A stretch of DNA of 64,000 nt, taken from contig CM120644.1 of NCBI GenBank assembly GCA_051362555.1, positions 9,928,954-9,992,953 on the forward strand, in the 5' to 3' direction. The notes under the pieces are model-generated. The model worked only from the letters and a program-made list of their open reading frames with translations, ran no database searches and was not told where the DNA came from. Positions 17,671 through 32,364 of this stretch are shown piece by piece. The DNA is from Lingula anatina (Eukaryota; Animalia; Brachiopoda). Numbering within the stretch: the stretch's first letter is position 1; every line of letters starts with the position of its first letter. Both the position numbers and the translations under genes were made by a program.

Positions 17671-20132
17671 ATTAACACCTCATTTGGGCTTATATGCGAC
17701 CATAAATAATATTAATAATAATAATTATAATAGGTCTATCAATTACAAAAAATGCGCTATTATAAATCCTTCATATATCTGCACCTTAGGCAACTTCCTG
17801 ACGCTTAAAGCTTTCACAAATTAATGTCAAACCAATATTTTCACCAAATATTCACACTTCCATATGCATAGCATTATCCCTTGGAATACACAAATCAAAG
17901 ATCAGCCTATACGTAGATATCAGCAGTATATTAACTCAGCAGCATATTAACCTAATAAATTATGAGATCCAGACTGATTTTGGTCAGCTTACTAACTAGA
18001 TGATTGAAATAGATACTTGGATCAAATCTGATCAGCCAATATGAATATTAACACTCCTGACGGCAAGCTAGTGTGAGTGGTGAAACGTAATCGGTAAGTA
18101 TCACGATGTAAATTCTGAACGGTGTGTGCGTTCGCGCGGGCGTGTGAGTTTGTGTTTGCAGCATGTTCCATGCCATCATGTAAAGTGTGTGTATGCGTGA
18201 AAGTGATAGGATTACATGTATTTGTGAGTTTTCATCCAGTGAGCACAGCAGTGTCCACACCAGTGTAGGGAAGGGGAGCATCAGAATTTGGCACGATTTC
18301 AGATAAACGATAAAATTCCATACTCAAATATTGTTATCAGTCATTACAAAATGCTGACATTTTCAACTGCATGTGCTTAATGCATTCAATGATTTAAGAA
18401 AAGCCCTAAATTTCAATATTTGCCTGGCAATTAAAATTTGCATGTAAAGGCTAAACAGAATCGTCTAGGAGTCGTATTTCACAAATAAAATGACAATATC
18501 AAATATATGAGAACAAGTTAACTACTACAAAAAGCCCTTAAATAAGAACACATCCTATATAAGCAGACATGACATAAGGCTATCCAGACTTTCAAAGTTA
18601 AGCAGAGATATATGATATAATCAGCAAGAACGATTGTAAATAAATACAGCAGCTGATTTCCAATCAACTCTGAAATTCAGGATACTGACACATGCCTAAC
18701 AAATTACCAATAGCAAAATGATAACGGCCTTTCACAGACAGCATGTAGCAATAGGTATGTAGTAGTATTATGACCAGGCAATCAGGCTGAGTAAGATATG
18801 ATAATGTAAGATATAGTCATACCTGGAGTATGAAGCCAGACAGTGAGAGGTCTGGCAGCACAACCTGGTATTCAGTGGCCATAATCATGCACATAGCAAT
18901 AATATCTAATCTGTGATGATTAGTATACCTGAAAATGCGTCCCAGTGTATGCATATGTGTGTGCATGCTTATAAAGGGATTAACCTTTTTTTGTCACCGT
19001 TTTGTGCATATCTATTGCCCATGCCTGTGTAACTATTCTTAATTACTCACTAAATTTTTAATATTTTTATCTGCCCATTTTTCAGCTGTTTTGTATTTAA
19101 AACATTAGGCACAGGTCAAATATAAGGCTTATGCTAATTAATAAATTTCCTAGGACCATTTGGCACCAGTAATTTGGCCCCTGTTACTTTAAACATTACA
19201 GCATTACAAAACGAGCAGAGATCACAGAGAGCATTATCCATGGAAGAGTAAGAAAAATTTGAGGTTTGACCTCTGCCATTAATTTATCGGTTGTAGCAAA
19301 AATACTTATCCTATCATAAAAATTTACTATGTAAGAAATAAAAAAAAAAATTGACATAGGGACCATTCACAATGAATTTTGTAGACCTAGCTAATGCGCA
19401 CCAACTCCTCTGGAATTCTTGCCGAATGCAATCAGATTAACAAATTAACTTGAATCCACTTGAGTAGAAAACAGAGATACAAGTACATTGTGAACGGTTC
19501 ATAATTTTTATCTTAACCATATTTACACTAACTTGATCTATGATGTAACGTAATAGCCTAATAGTGGGTTCATGTGCTGTACACTCACCCTTGAGCAAAA
19601 ACACAATTGTGACTCTCTCCGCACAGCAGCCTCAGTTTCATTACAATGGTGACTGTGGCGTTTTCATAGAGAAAACATTCACATGTGTGTCTGTGAATTT
19701 TACCCATATCCCAATGGTGGGTTTAAGTTTTTGAACAGTCTTACCCCAAACATTATCAAATCCATTGATTCTATTCAGCATCAAACAATAAGAACAAAAA
19801 GCTTTTAGCTGTTTAAGGCCCTATTCACAATGAATGGCACACTTTCCAGTGGTTTTAAAATATGAATTACCTAGACAGAGCACCAGCAATCAACATGGCT
19901 GGGTACTCTGGATTAATTTATATTGGTAAATTAGAGCCCATGAAAGAGAGTAAAATGCCCATAGCGTAATAACATGTTTAGACCAAGAAAAACTGGGACT
20001 ATACAGAAAACTGTACTGCTTGATGTGAAATGGGCATTTGGGAGGTGGAATTCAGTTGTTGGTAGCTGGCCTGAGTAGCATTTGGAAACAGAGTAGGGGG
20101 AGAGGCAAAGAGGGAGGGGGATAAAATGGCTC

Positions 20133-23100
20133 CTACACCCCTGAGCTCACATGCTCCACTGAAACATAAGTGTGGATGCTGGTTGTGTCTCCGTCATCTT
20201 TGGTCGACTTTTTCTTCACCTCTAACTCGGTGTCACTGTGGGCACCGTCGCTTTCAAAGTCATCATCATAGCCACCATTGTTATCATCAGCTTCAGTCTG
20301 GGGCTGTGCACTCGCTGGGCGGGGCTTCGTTTCTGAGGTAATGGATGCATTGTCACGGCTACTAGTTTGAGAGGTTTTAATAGTTTCTGGTGACTTCTTT
20401 TGCTCCTTCTCATTTTCCTCTTCAAAGTCATCATCCAAGTCTTCATAAGTTTCATCCTCCTTTTTCTTCTCTGTCTGACCTTGCCCTTCACCTTCATCCT
20501 CAAAGTCATCATCATAATCATCATCTTCCTTGGTCTTTTCACCTTTTTCAAGGGTTTTCTCCTCCTTTTCACTGTGAGATGGTCTCTTATGGACAGGTTT
20601 TACACTACTAGCTGTAGAGGTTGGTCTGCTTCCTGCCGCACTTCCAGGTTTAGAAGGCACTTTGGCACTGTTGCTATGGACACTGGAAGGAGGTCGGCTG
20701 GTTTTCTGGTTATCACTCCTGTTGCTTGTTGCAGAGTTATTTCTGCTACCCACAGAACTCCTCTTGCTTGCAGCAGATGCACTCCTACTGTGTTGTGGAC
20801 TCAAATTCTGAATGCTTCTCACACTTCCAGCAGAACTGAGCTTGCTGCGTAGCTGGGCACTTGCCTTCTCTTTGCTCCGGTTACTGGATGCTGAGCTCTT
20901 GCGACTGTGATAGGGGCTGACTTTGTTGTTGTTTATCTCCTGATGCACACTCATCTCAGATGGGGGACGAGATACATCCTTTGCTGACTTAATCACTTGT
21001 GTATTCTCTGAAGCTGGTTCAATGGACTTCTGTCTTTGCCCACTTTCACTGCTGTTAGCAGAATTCTTGCGGTGGACTTGCTCTTCTTGTTTCACACTAT
21101 TTCTGTGGCTGCTTGCTGCTGAAGCGTGTCTTTCCTCACTCTGAGACACAGGAGCCTTGTCTTCCTTGCTTGAAGTTCTGCTGTGGTGACTCTTATTGGA
21201 GGCAATACTAGATGGTGGACGGCTGTTTTCTTTTTGAGGGGAGGTTGGCCTAACATCACCCTCCTCGTGTGCTCTTTGGTTTTCATTGCTTTTAGCAGAT
21301 CCAGGTTTTTCTTTGCCCTTATCAGAGTTGGCCCCAAGACTATGTGTGTCCTCTTTTGCTTCACACGAGTCTGGTCTTCCGCTACTTTTGGCTGATTCTT
21401 TTCTCTGACTGGGAGGTCTAGAACCAGAATGTGGTCTGTCTCTGCTGCGAGCAGAATCTGAGCGGTTGCTTATCTTATCAGGAGACTGGTTCCGTTCACT
21501 AAGTACTTCTTCCTCCTTGATGGCAGGGGATCTCGGTCGGCCATGACTTGCTGCAGATTTAACTCGGCTACGAGCACTAGAATCGGAACTGTGTCGTGAC
21601 CTGGCACTGTTGGTCTTAGAAGACACATTGCTGCCTATCCTTGACTCTGCCCTGGGTGGTGGTGAAGCTGGTGGACTATGTCTGTCTCCATAAGGAGTAC
21701 TGGATCTTCTAGGCTCATCATCATCACAGGCCTCATCATACCTTCCAAGTCTTGCACTCTGGCGGTCCTCTGCTACGGATTCTTTGTCCTCATCTTCGTA
21801 AGTTCCTGTCATTTGCATTACCTCTTCATCCTCCTCCTCCTCCTCTGATGTGAAGTCGTTGTCTTCGTAGACGTAGTCAACGAGGTCTTCATCATCCTCA
21901 TCCATTACAATACCACTGGTTTGATTTGTCCCATCATGGTCATCATCTTCATCATCTTCTTTGGTTGTGAGGGAGTGAAGAAGTCTAAGGAAATATAAGT
22001 GATTTAAAATAAGGAATTCAATATATTTGTTTTCATATCTGAATAAGAAGATGTAAGATATTTGAAAATTTAAAAAAAAAGTCTAAATCTAATTTCACTT
22101 AAGAATAATCAGTGCAAACTCTGTCTGTGGATAGTGTGTCATTGTTGCAATGTAGTGTTAACTATATTAAAATGACTTAAAAGTACCATTGCTAGGAAAA
22201 ATAATAGTTTGGTTATTTTGAAACAGCTAAGGAGTATAAAAACTTTTAAGAAATTATTCTGAATGCTGTCATCTTATGGATTTATAATTATGGAAGGGGA
22301 TATTGGAGGACATTTACTTCATATTCTCTGGAGCACGCTTGGGTGACTTTTTGGGGTAACTTCCATCAAGAGATCTATCAAAAGAAGACTCATTTCTCTC
22401 TGCTCTTGATTCCTCTTGATCCTTCTTTTGTTTTTCCTGTTGATATTTCTTTTGCTACAATAGATAGACAATTTTTCAAATATATGTAGCTTGTTTAATA
22501 TTTATCTTTTCATTAAAATGAATTTATCTTAAAATTTGTATTTCGTTACAGTTTTCCAAGTCATATGATTTGACATTCAAATATATGACAATAGTTATGG
22601 GTCATATCATAAACACCAATTTGAAAAACATCCACTGTAAAGAAAATTGGACAAACCTCTTGTAACTTCTGTAATCTTGGTGACTTTTTAGCATTCCCTG
22701 TTCCAAGACCTAAATGTAAAAAGAAACAAAATTACTGAGAAGAATCTACATGACCATAAATACTTCAGTTTTAAGAAGCATTTGAAACTAAACATGCCAT
22801 TAACTGACAATGAGGTTTTGTTTGTTTATTTAATATTTTTTTCTTATGCAATTGCTCTATATAACTAGAAGAAACTATTTTTTAAAAGAAAGTTATTGAA
22901 AATGAAATAAAGCCACATAAATTATTTAAAAAAAGAAAATCAATCTTGACCCTATTGAAACCCATGTAGGCACATACTATGGCAGTGTTTATATTATATA
23001 TTAACTACCTTCTTTCAAATAGAACTGCACATAATTTTCAGACATCAGAGCTGCTCCCACATTCCTGCTGTAGTTTTGAACTTTCCCATTCTCCACTACA

Positions 23101-25201
23101 TTCAGAGACTTCTTGGTAGACGGTCTGTACCTGTGGATCATATGCAGCTTGGCAACAGGTGTTTTTTCCTGAAAATAAAAATAATATATTATTACCCTGA
23201 TGCTAAGCTCATCTTAATTTACATACTAAATGTTTGGCAAAAAAAAAACAAAAAAAAAACTGAAAGTGTTCAATGATTTACTAATGAAAACTATCAGTGA
23301 ATAAAAATAGGAATAATGAGTAATGTGCATCTAAGGAGATTAAATAGGCTTGAAGGCAGGTATAGGAAGATATGCTGCAACAGTTACTTCAGGCTTAGGT
23401 ATTTCAATCATCAAAAACAGGGTTTAATTCCCTTTAAAAAAGAGCATTGATTCTAAGTAAAATTCTGAATTAAGTTCTTGAGTTCAATGTACAAATACTT
23501 ACAAAGACTTTGTTAGCATACTCTGTCAGTCTGTCTGCCTCTCTATTCAAGACAACTCTCCTGGAGTTTGGGTTCAAGTGGGGATGTATCACTTTGTCAG
23601 AGCTGAATAAAAAATAAACTTGAAGTTTTAAAATACAATGTGCAATTGACATCTGATCTGCTTTATAAAATCCTTTTCATTAGTTGAAGTCTTGCTTTAA
23701 GGGAAACATTTGACCCTAATTAATTCAAGTTTTCTTGCATAATAAACATGTTTTAGCAATTTTCTATTTGTCCACAGGGAAAATTGTCCCTCTTCCTAAT
23801 AATCAAACTGCTACATCTATTACGTTTTAGCTGAATATACCCACTGTCGAAACTGAAATATATATAATGACACAATTTACAATGCTAAATTCATCAAGAA
23901 ATTTACTTGCACAGGAAATAATGACAGGGTTGGCATTTATCAGCTTCAGAAATCCAGACAAACCTTTCAATTTGTTCTTCTTTAAATTTTTGCTTTCTGG
24001 CCTCTTTACTTGGCTGATCCAACTTTGTAGCATCCAGCACTCTGTACAGATAGTCATACTTGTGCTAAAGGAAAAAAAAAAGTTTTAAAAAATAATTTAA
24101 TAACAGAACTAAACTCACACAAGGATATTTTTGGTCATACTGTTGAGCTATTTTGGTTGATTTGAAAATTTAAACTAAATCAATGATTACTTTGATGCTA
24201 AACAGTGAATTGCAAAATGTTTATGTTTTAGCCGAGTCAAATTACATGTTTATCATTTGTCTTACATATATATATACTGAGTGTACATATATATATACAT
24301 GTATATATATATATATATATTTATATATATGCTAGACTAAGACCAACCTGCCATTACAAATTCAGTATAGAATTTACAATGACCATGTCACTGTAAATTC
24401 CTGACCCTTGAATATTTTTAACTAAATGTTATTTATACATTACAAATTGTTAGAAACAATGTTGCAGGATGATTTACATTCACTTGCTCTCATCTCCACA
24501 TGCCCAGTGAACACTTACCATAGCTACTGTTGTTCTGTAATATCCTATGCCACTTGGATCAAACCTTTCAGCCCTTCTCTCATAGTTCATGTATGTTTCA
24601 CTAAAATGATGTAAATTCAGTTGAGATAAAACAGTTCTCCCTAAGAATCATGCTTTATAAACTTATCAGCTTCATAAGTTTAGAATACCCCCCCCCCCCC
24701 ACACACACACAGCTTAATATAATACATATCAAAACTTTGATTAAGCAATCAAAATTGAATGTTTTTGGTACTGAAGGTGTGCTCATTTATCAATTTTAAA
24801 TTGTTGTAGCTCTTTAAAGAAAATAAAATACAGTGATATAAACCACTTACTACTTATTAAATTTGAAAATGAAAATCAAAAGGCATTTTACGGTGTTCCC
24901 TCAACTAGCATGTAAGTTCAATACAAAATGATACAATATCAACCACATTCATTCACTGTTCCTGCTAACATTATATAATACATGTATAATACAATAAACT
25001 TATACTAGTATAATGTTTTACTTACAAAAGTGCACAATGAATTCATATAAAAGAAAGCTAAACTTACAGTTTTTTAGACACCAATCTCGACACATCATCC
25101 ACTGTTTTTTGCGCCTCCCTCTCCAAAAGGCGCTTTTCATGACTAGATTCAGTGGAAATGTAAGAATCTGAATCACTGGCACTTTGTGATACAACACTCA
25201 T
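20133..25201 (-). CDS. Uncharacterised protein: ~230-aa multi-exon N-terminus plus long acidic/Ser-rich disordered C-terminus
   Basis: ATG 25201 (MSVVSQSASDSDSYISTESSHEKRLLERE). Exons ~25068-25201, 24518-24600, 23964-24064, 23502-23602, 23009-23168, 22658-22708, 22318-22455, 20133-21984 join in frame with GT/AG. The last exon is the 590-aa ORF with RPxS repeats. No family recognised. Confidence 0.8.
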
Positions 25202-25690
25202 TTTTGCTCTTGTTTACCACACGGCGTCATATATAAAATGCGCTAAAATTAGATGTAAATGGTTAAGAGGCGTGAAAATCCGTTTGAAACGTGTAAAACT
25301 CCACCCATATGTAATACAGTGCGACTACATGCTAAATTCCGCAAAGTTTAGTACATATTCCAAGGAATACGCGTGCTGCTTATCAACAGGTGTCATTTTG
25401 ACGCCATCTTGATGGATACCAAAGCACGTGATAGCAACACGAGATTCGGAAGTTAGAAACGTCAGTGTTAAGCTCAAATGATCTATTTGCGTGTTATCCT
25501 GTGAACACATGTAAAACATTAAACCAGAAAATTGTAGTTTTACGGTGTTAGAGGCCTTTTGCTTGCGTAAAACGATAAAAAATATCTGGGCTCTCGCGAG
25601 ATTCGCGTTTAAAATTCAACCAATCATATTGCACAGCGGCAGGATTAAAATCCCATTTGATTTCCGCATACCGTTACCACTGAAATTAGG
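25202..25690. promoter_or_regulatory. Bidirectional promoter region with non-coding first exon of shugoshin
   Basis: CpG-enriched gap between divergent genes. Contains TTTGAA (25283), CGCCATCTT YY1-like (25402), TCTCGCGAGA palindrome (25592-25601), CCAAT (25620) and donor AGG|GTAAGT at 25690/25691. Confidence 0.65.
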
Positions 25691-26415
25691 GTAAGTACAT
25701 CGCCATTATATCTACGTCGATGTTATGAAATCATTCTAGGTTGTGCAGAAGTTAAACTTTAACTTTATCAACATATCTGTCATTCACCCAAGTCATTTTG
25801 AGCAAAAACCAGGTGCCCTGCAGTAAAAGTTAACCAAGACTTGACAGTGCACGGCACGCTCGTCTGCCACCTACAAGTAGATGTTTCATGAATCGAAATA
25901 ACAAGTAAAATTACTTTTGTATACCACACACCAGTCTAGTCACAAACGTAAAGCATTAAAGACGATAAAAGCGGAAGGTATTTATAAACAAACCTAATTA
26001 AATGTCCATAATTATGTGATCTAGTAGTGTGTTTTGCAGACGTTTCGTGTGTATCCGGCAGAGAGAGAGAGAGAGAGAGAGAGAGATGTGTACTACCGAA
26101 TTCGAAAAAAATAACTTTGCAGCTGATCACTAGTCTAGTTGTGCAATTTCCTTAACCTTGACTTCTTTCCTTCTGAAATGGTGTGCAATATATAGAGCCA
26201 ATTAAGCAAAAGCATGCTTGACTTTGAAAATCAATAAAAAAGTTATTATTTTTATCAGATTTAGTAAAGTCACCATATGCAATAGGAGGAACAAATAATG
26301 GTTAAAACATTGTTTTTAAATCAATAAAAATAACTTGTAGCAATAACAATGTAGTGGTACCGTAATTACTTCCTAGTTAGTGTATAAACTTATTCTTTTG
26401 ATTGGTTTGTTGCAG

Positions 26416-29400
26416 ATGGAGACTCCAGGTAAAAAGCCTGGGATGTCGTCCAAGAGGAAGCAGAAACAGAGTCCTTCATATTCAATAAATTCTTCAAAGT
26501 CCAAGTTGAACTCCAGTCTGCGTCTTAACAGGAGCACCAGAGGTAAATACAATTGGAAACATTTTACTGATTTGATATTCATATCAGTGGATGTCTTATT
26601 ATAGCTAAAGATGAAATGTGATACTATATATATATGACAAGAAAAGAAGTTTTTCTTCTTTGTTGGAGTGAATTTTACAATACTTATTTAAAAAAAAATC
26701 TATACAAATTGTCTTTTAAAATCCTCTCTTCCTTACATCATTAGCATGTGTATTCACTAATTTAAAAAAGAATATAGAGTGAACTCCAAGATCATTTTGC
26801 CTTATTTTTCAGTTAACTCCTCTGCAGTGAAAACGAAGAATCGTCAGCTGGCTGCAGCCTTGGGAAGAAAAAGTCAGGAGTTGGAGTTCCTGAAAGAGGA
26901 GTTTTGTGAGTTAAGAAATGAACACCATGAGTTGAAAGTAAAAGCACTGAGGTTTCACAGAATTGCCCAGGTGACCAATGAAAACATAGAAGAAGTGGTA
27001 GTTGGAAGAGTGCAGGTAGGGGAAATCACTAGTATTAGTTTGGGATTCCTGTACTAGTTAGAATTTGGGCTCCTTAGAAAATTTTAAAATTCTAATTGAA
27101 TGGTTTTGGCCAAGTGAGAAATTGAAATAGTGAATTTGCAAAAATAAAAATAAAAAAATTAAAAAAAGGAAATGTTTTAAACTTTCGAAATTGATTGAAA
27201 CTGTAAAAAAATGGAAACTTTTGTTACAACTTCCTATTTGTACTAGGTATTTATTTTTGAGCAAAAAACTAAATATCGCTTCTCTCTGTTTGTAGGAACG
27301 CATGTGCGATGTTAGCGCTCTTCTGAACAAAGTTAGCAACCAGCTGCTGGGGGCGGTCAAGCTTCTGGGCACTGCCGTGGAGATGACCACTGACCCCAAA
27401 CGCAAGTCCTTAGAAACGCTGTGTAGCAACAGAGCTTCCTCTTTAGGTACCAATAAGTCTGATGATGATAGCCCTGTCATTGCAGTTCCAAATCCTAAGA
27501 GGTTAGAAGAAGAGGGGTTGTCAATTATAATCTTCAGAATCACCTGTTGAAAGATGAATTCCAGACCCTTGGTGTGGTTTGCTTTAACTAAGGAAAAAAA
27601 TCGAGTAACATTCCGTTTTTTGCTTAAAAAGTTTTTATTCCAGTTTGATTCCATGATTTTATTTTCTTGAATGATGTAAAAATATGCTAGAGAATCTACA
27701 GCATTTTAAAGTATATTCAAAATAGTGTGCTAACATGTATAACATATACTTGACCTGTACTTCTCTGCTCTTTTTTTACAAGTGGTGTTGAAAATATTCT
27801 TCACAGAATAAGAGAACTCCAAGGGTTGGATTTAAAAAATGGTACATAATGTACATATATGAAATGAGATATAGAGTTACTTTGAATAAATGATGTTAAA
27901 ACTACTAATAATATAATTGCTTTTTACTTCAGGTCTATATACTATGATGCAGGATCCAAAAACCCAGCTGGTCGAGTGCCCCAAAAATCCTCCACCATCC
28001 CTCTAAAGTCAAAGCTCTCCACACCAGCTGTAGACATTCACCCTGCTGCTCTCAGTGCTGTTGCAGCATCAGTGAATAATGTAGCAGGAGACCTCCATGA
28101 GATGAGTGTCATCGTGGAGCAGTCGTTTATGGGAGAGAAGATGGACACCTTGGATATGAACAGGGTGAATGTGCTGGACACAGGTAAGTTTCTGTGCAAA
28201 ATCTCCCTCTGCAGGATAATAACGCAAATGTTTTTATGTTGACAGCATATCAAATAATTGGTTAAAATAGCTTTAAGATGTCAATGTCATTTCACTCTTA
28301 ATACAATGCTTTTACTTCATTTTAATACACAAAACATTTTGTCAAATGATGAAAATTGCTTTCAAACTTTTTATTTATCTTATCAAATTTTTTAAAAAAA
28401 ATTGTTGCTCTACAGTTTAATTGAATCGTTCACAAATAGTTGCTTTCCATTGGAATTGAATAATTCATAAATATATATTTTACTCTTTGTTTTCAGTTGA
28501 AGATGGAGAAAACTTGCCAGAGGATGAAGTTCCACAAGGGGAGCCAAATCCAACATCCAAGACGAACTCCAGCCTACCAGCCCCAAGTGCACCAACAGCT
28601 GAGAACCCTGGCTCTCCTGGCAAGTGTGACACTGATGTGCAGAACATGACTGTTTACTTGGATGAGCAGATGGATTTTACAGAGTGTATAAGTGTGCCAG
28701 TTGGTCTGGCTTCATTTATTAGCGCCAACTCTGAAACTGCTGATAAGTCTGTGAAGGTAGAGGAGAGGTCAGTGGAAGCAGTAGAGCAGAAAGAAGGCAG
28801 GTTGTCTGGTCCTGAAGACAAGGAGGACTCCGAGGATGAGATGGTCAAGCTGAAGAAGAAGCTGAAGGCAATGCAGAATGTCAAGGTGTTTGTAAATGAC
28901 TGCAGCAAAAAGAAAACTGGAGTATCAAAATCTGAGAATGACATCGCAACAGTAGAGTCTGCGATTGGAAAAGAAACAAGTGTAAAGAAAACCTCAACAA
29001 AAGAGCGTGCAAAAAAGAAGGCAAAAAATCAGGAGTCTTCAAGTGAGAGTCGTCCTCCCTGCACAGAGCTGCCACCTAGGGAGAGCAGGAAGTCACGCAG
29101 TAAAGGGAGGCAGGAGCCACAATACCGTGAATTGAGTAGCGACAGCGAGTCTGAAACCCCACCAAGTGACACATCTTTAGACTCCACGACCTCGTCCAAG
29201 AGCTATGGCATTGTGTTCAACAAACCAGGGAAAATCTCTTTTACTGCAGGTAATGTGACAGGAAGTGAATTAAGTTAGTAATTTATTGGATTTTAATGTT
29301 ATTATTAAATTATCTTTAAGATTAATTTAATTATTATAATCTGCAAGTGTTATAAATTTAATTTTTTTTTTATTATCAGTTTGATTTTTCTTTGTCTTTA

Positions 29401-29789
29401 CTTATGTCAGGGCGAATAGACATCTTGAATGGTGATGGTAAACAGAAAAGTCGTTTGCCAATTAAAGTTCCAACAAAGTCGCGATCAAAGCACAAAACCA
29501 GCTCCAAGCAAAGATCTAGGACAAAGACAAAAAAGGATGAAAAGATTACAGATGAGGCCAAAATTCAGGATGAGCCCAAGTCTGTGTTTGATTACACTGG
29601 CACACCACAGTCAGCCGAAGAAAAGGGAGTTTATGACATGTCCATGAACGAATCGGTGCAGCAAGAAAGACTCCCATTGAGCAAATTTCGTGAGAGACAA
29701 CTAACTGGTACTGAAGAGGCAAGCACGCCGTCTGCAAATGCCAGGTCAAAACCTAGGGCACTGGTGAGTTAGATGATAAATGTTTATAT

Positions 29790-29836
<47 letters not shown>

Positions 29837-32315
29837 TATGTAAATCTTTGATTAGCTGCTTGAAAAATATAATTACTACTGGATAATTATCATTAATCAG
29901 TATATATTTTACCACATGCATGAGTTTATTTACATGTTTTTCTTTCTTTTCAATAATCTAATAAAAGAAATTTTAAAAGTATCCTAACATAAAGTTTTTT
30001 TTCGTCAATATGTAGGTAAATAATCAGACATCAGATCCTGAATCTCAGTGTGAAGACAAACCTGCCAGGAGCCGAACTAAAACCATAAAACCCAAGGAGG
30101 AAATGAAGCTGGAGCCAGCAGCAGTCAAAAGTCGCACAAAGTCGAAAAGAAAAAGTAGCAAATCTGATTATATTGAACCCAGAAAAACAGATGATGAAGA
30201 TCAAGAAAAATCTACAGAAAAGTCCACTTGTAGAAAAGACGCACAGACAAGACCAACAGGCAACAATAGAGAACAGTTCACCTCTCAAACAAAACAGGCC
30301 ATTGAAGACACCAGTGTTTTTGACTCCCCAGTGAGAAGCAAAACACAGGATGACAGTTTGGTCAATGAAGAGAACATAGTGATTGAAGAGACACCAGCGC
30401 CACTAGGTGGCAGTCGATCCAAGACAAGACTAACAAGTGAGGAACATGTGCTGTCTGTTGCCACAGAGAAGTCTCCTGTGGCAGTGAAGAAGAGCTGGAC
30501 AAAGACTAAACTTGATAGTGATAGTGATAACAAGACAGACCACCAAGAAGATCAAGGTATATTTTGATGTATTAAAATTGATTCGAATGAATATCTAATG
30601 AGACATTTCTTTAAATTTTAACCAATTGGAAAGGAACATAAAATCTTATATTTAGCCAAATATTGTTTTAAATTAATATGAAAGTCTGAAGTAGTTGTTT
30701 CTGAACAATCATCTTGTACAAACTGCAAGATATATATTTTTAAAAAAATTCAGTTGGTCCAGTCCCCAGTCCTACCCGTGTCACTAAGAGAGGGAAGGAA
30801 GTGAAGTCAAAGAAGAAACATCGTTACACTTACTGTGTTGAAGATTTATTTTCTGGTGATGACAATAATGTATTTCACGCAAATAATCTGGAAATTCCTG
30901 CACCATTAAGTGAAGATGCCTCAGAAGAACCAGAGGGAGAGGTAATGCTTTGGATACTTTTATTCAGTTATTACCAAAATGTGTTAGGTTCATAACAAAA
31001 AAAAAACATGTATAGTATAAGGAGGGGCTGGGTGTTTTTCACAGGTTTTTTTTGTGGGGGAGGTACACTTGACCTTGACTTGGGGAAGACTCAATTTCTA
31101 GACTTTATGGTACACCTGATAACCATTGCTAGGCTTGTCACAGTTCCAAGTTTGAAATATTTTGGATGATCTCTACTATTTGTATATTTTTGTCATTTTC
31201 AACATTAGGTTCTAGAGGAACATGCTATAGAGGGCGCCACCCATACTTCCCCAAAACAAGACCAGGCATCTAAGACGAGCCAGGAGAAGAAGAGCAAGAA
31301 GAAGCACCGATACACGTATGTGCGACCCGACAGTGGATTTGATGAGGATGTGGCTGGGAAAACTGACGAGAAAAATATCTCAGAAAACCAAGAGGACATT
31401 GTCAGTGAGGGTCAAATCAATGAAAAAGCCAAATCTGAAGACAGGAAAAACACAGACGACACACTGAGAACAGAGGAGAAATGTCAGATGGATGAGAAGA
31501 TAGATGGCAGTTGTCAAGAGGAACCAGTGCAAGAGGCACAGAATGAAGACGCAAGTCAGGACAAAGGTAGAGTGTTGTGATAAGAATTGTCTGCAGTCCA
31601 CTTAATGCAAATTCATGTTTGATCAGAGTTTATTACTATTTAGAATTTTGCAGCACTAAGACACATCCCATAATGCATCTACTTCATTTTCAACTTGCCA
31701 CATCAAAAAGTTAACACCTTTTATAGAATTATATTTCAAAAAATTTAGAAAATTTGTTTTTCTTTACATTTGTGATGCGGTTTCCTTCTATCGTTTTTTT
31801 TTTTTTTTTCCTTCATATTCAGATAAAGAGGAGAAGAAAAAATCTAAGACAAAGAAGAGATCCCGAAGTGTCAAGCCCTCTGAACTGGAAGAAGAAAGGT
31901 TGGTTACTACTTCCATTGTACATATCTCCAAGCAATATTTTCTTTCAACTGTCATTGATCATTGGATGTTTAAATTTTATGAAACGAGCCATATTTTACA
32001 AAATTTCCAATAGAAACTTTGATTCTTTTAGCCCATTAATATTTACATGATTTTATATGCTGTGACAAAATGATTCAATTTATAGTTTTCTCTTTTCAAT
32101 GATATGCAAAGTTGCCATTGTCAATGAATAGGCCAAGATCATGGAAAGATTAAGCAATATGCAAAAGCATATCTTGATTAAAGTAATGATATTATTCTTA
32201 TTTGTGTAGGCCAAACGCAGATGACAATAATGGTGTGAAGAGACCCAGAAGAGCAGCTGCCAATGTCAACTTGAAGGAACCTAGTTTAGGAGGGTAAGCT
32301 TGCATTAAGTAGATG

Positions 32316-32364
<49 letters not shown>

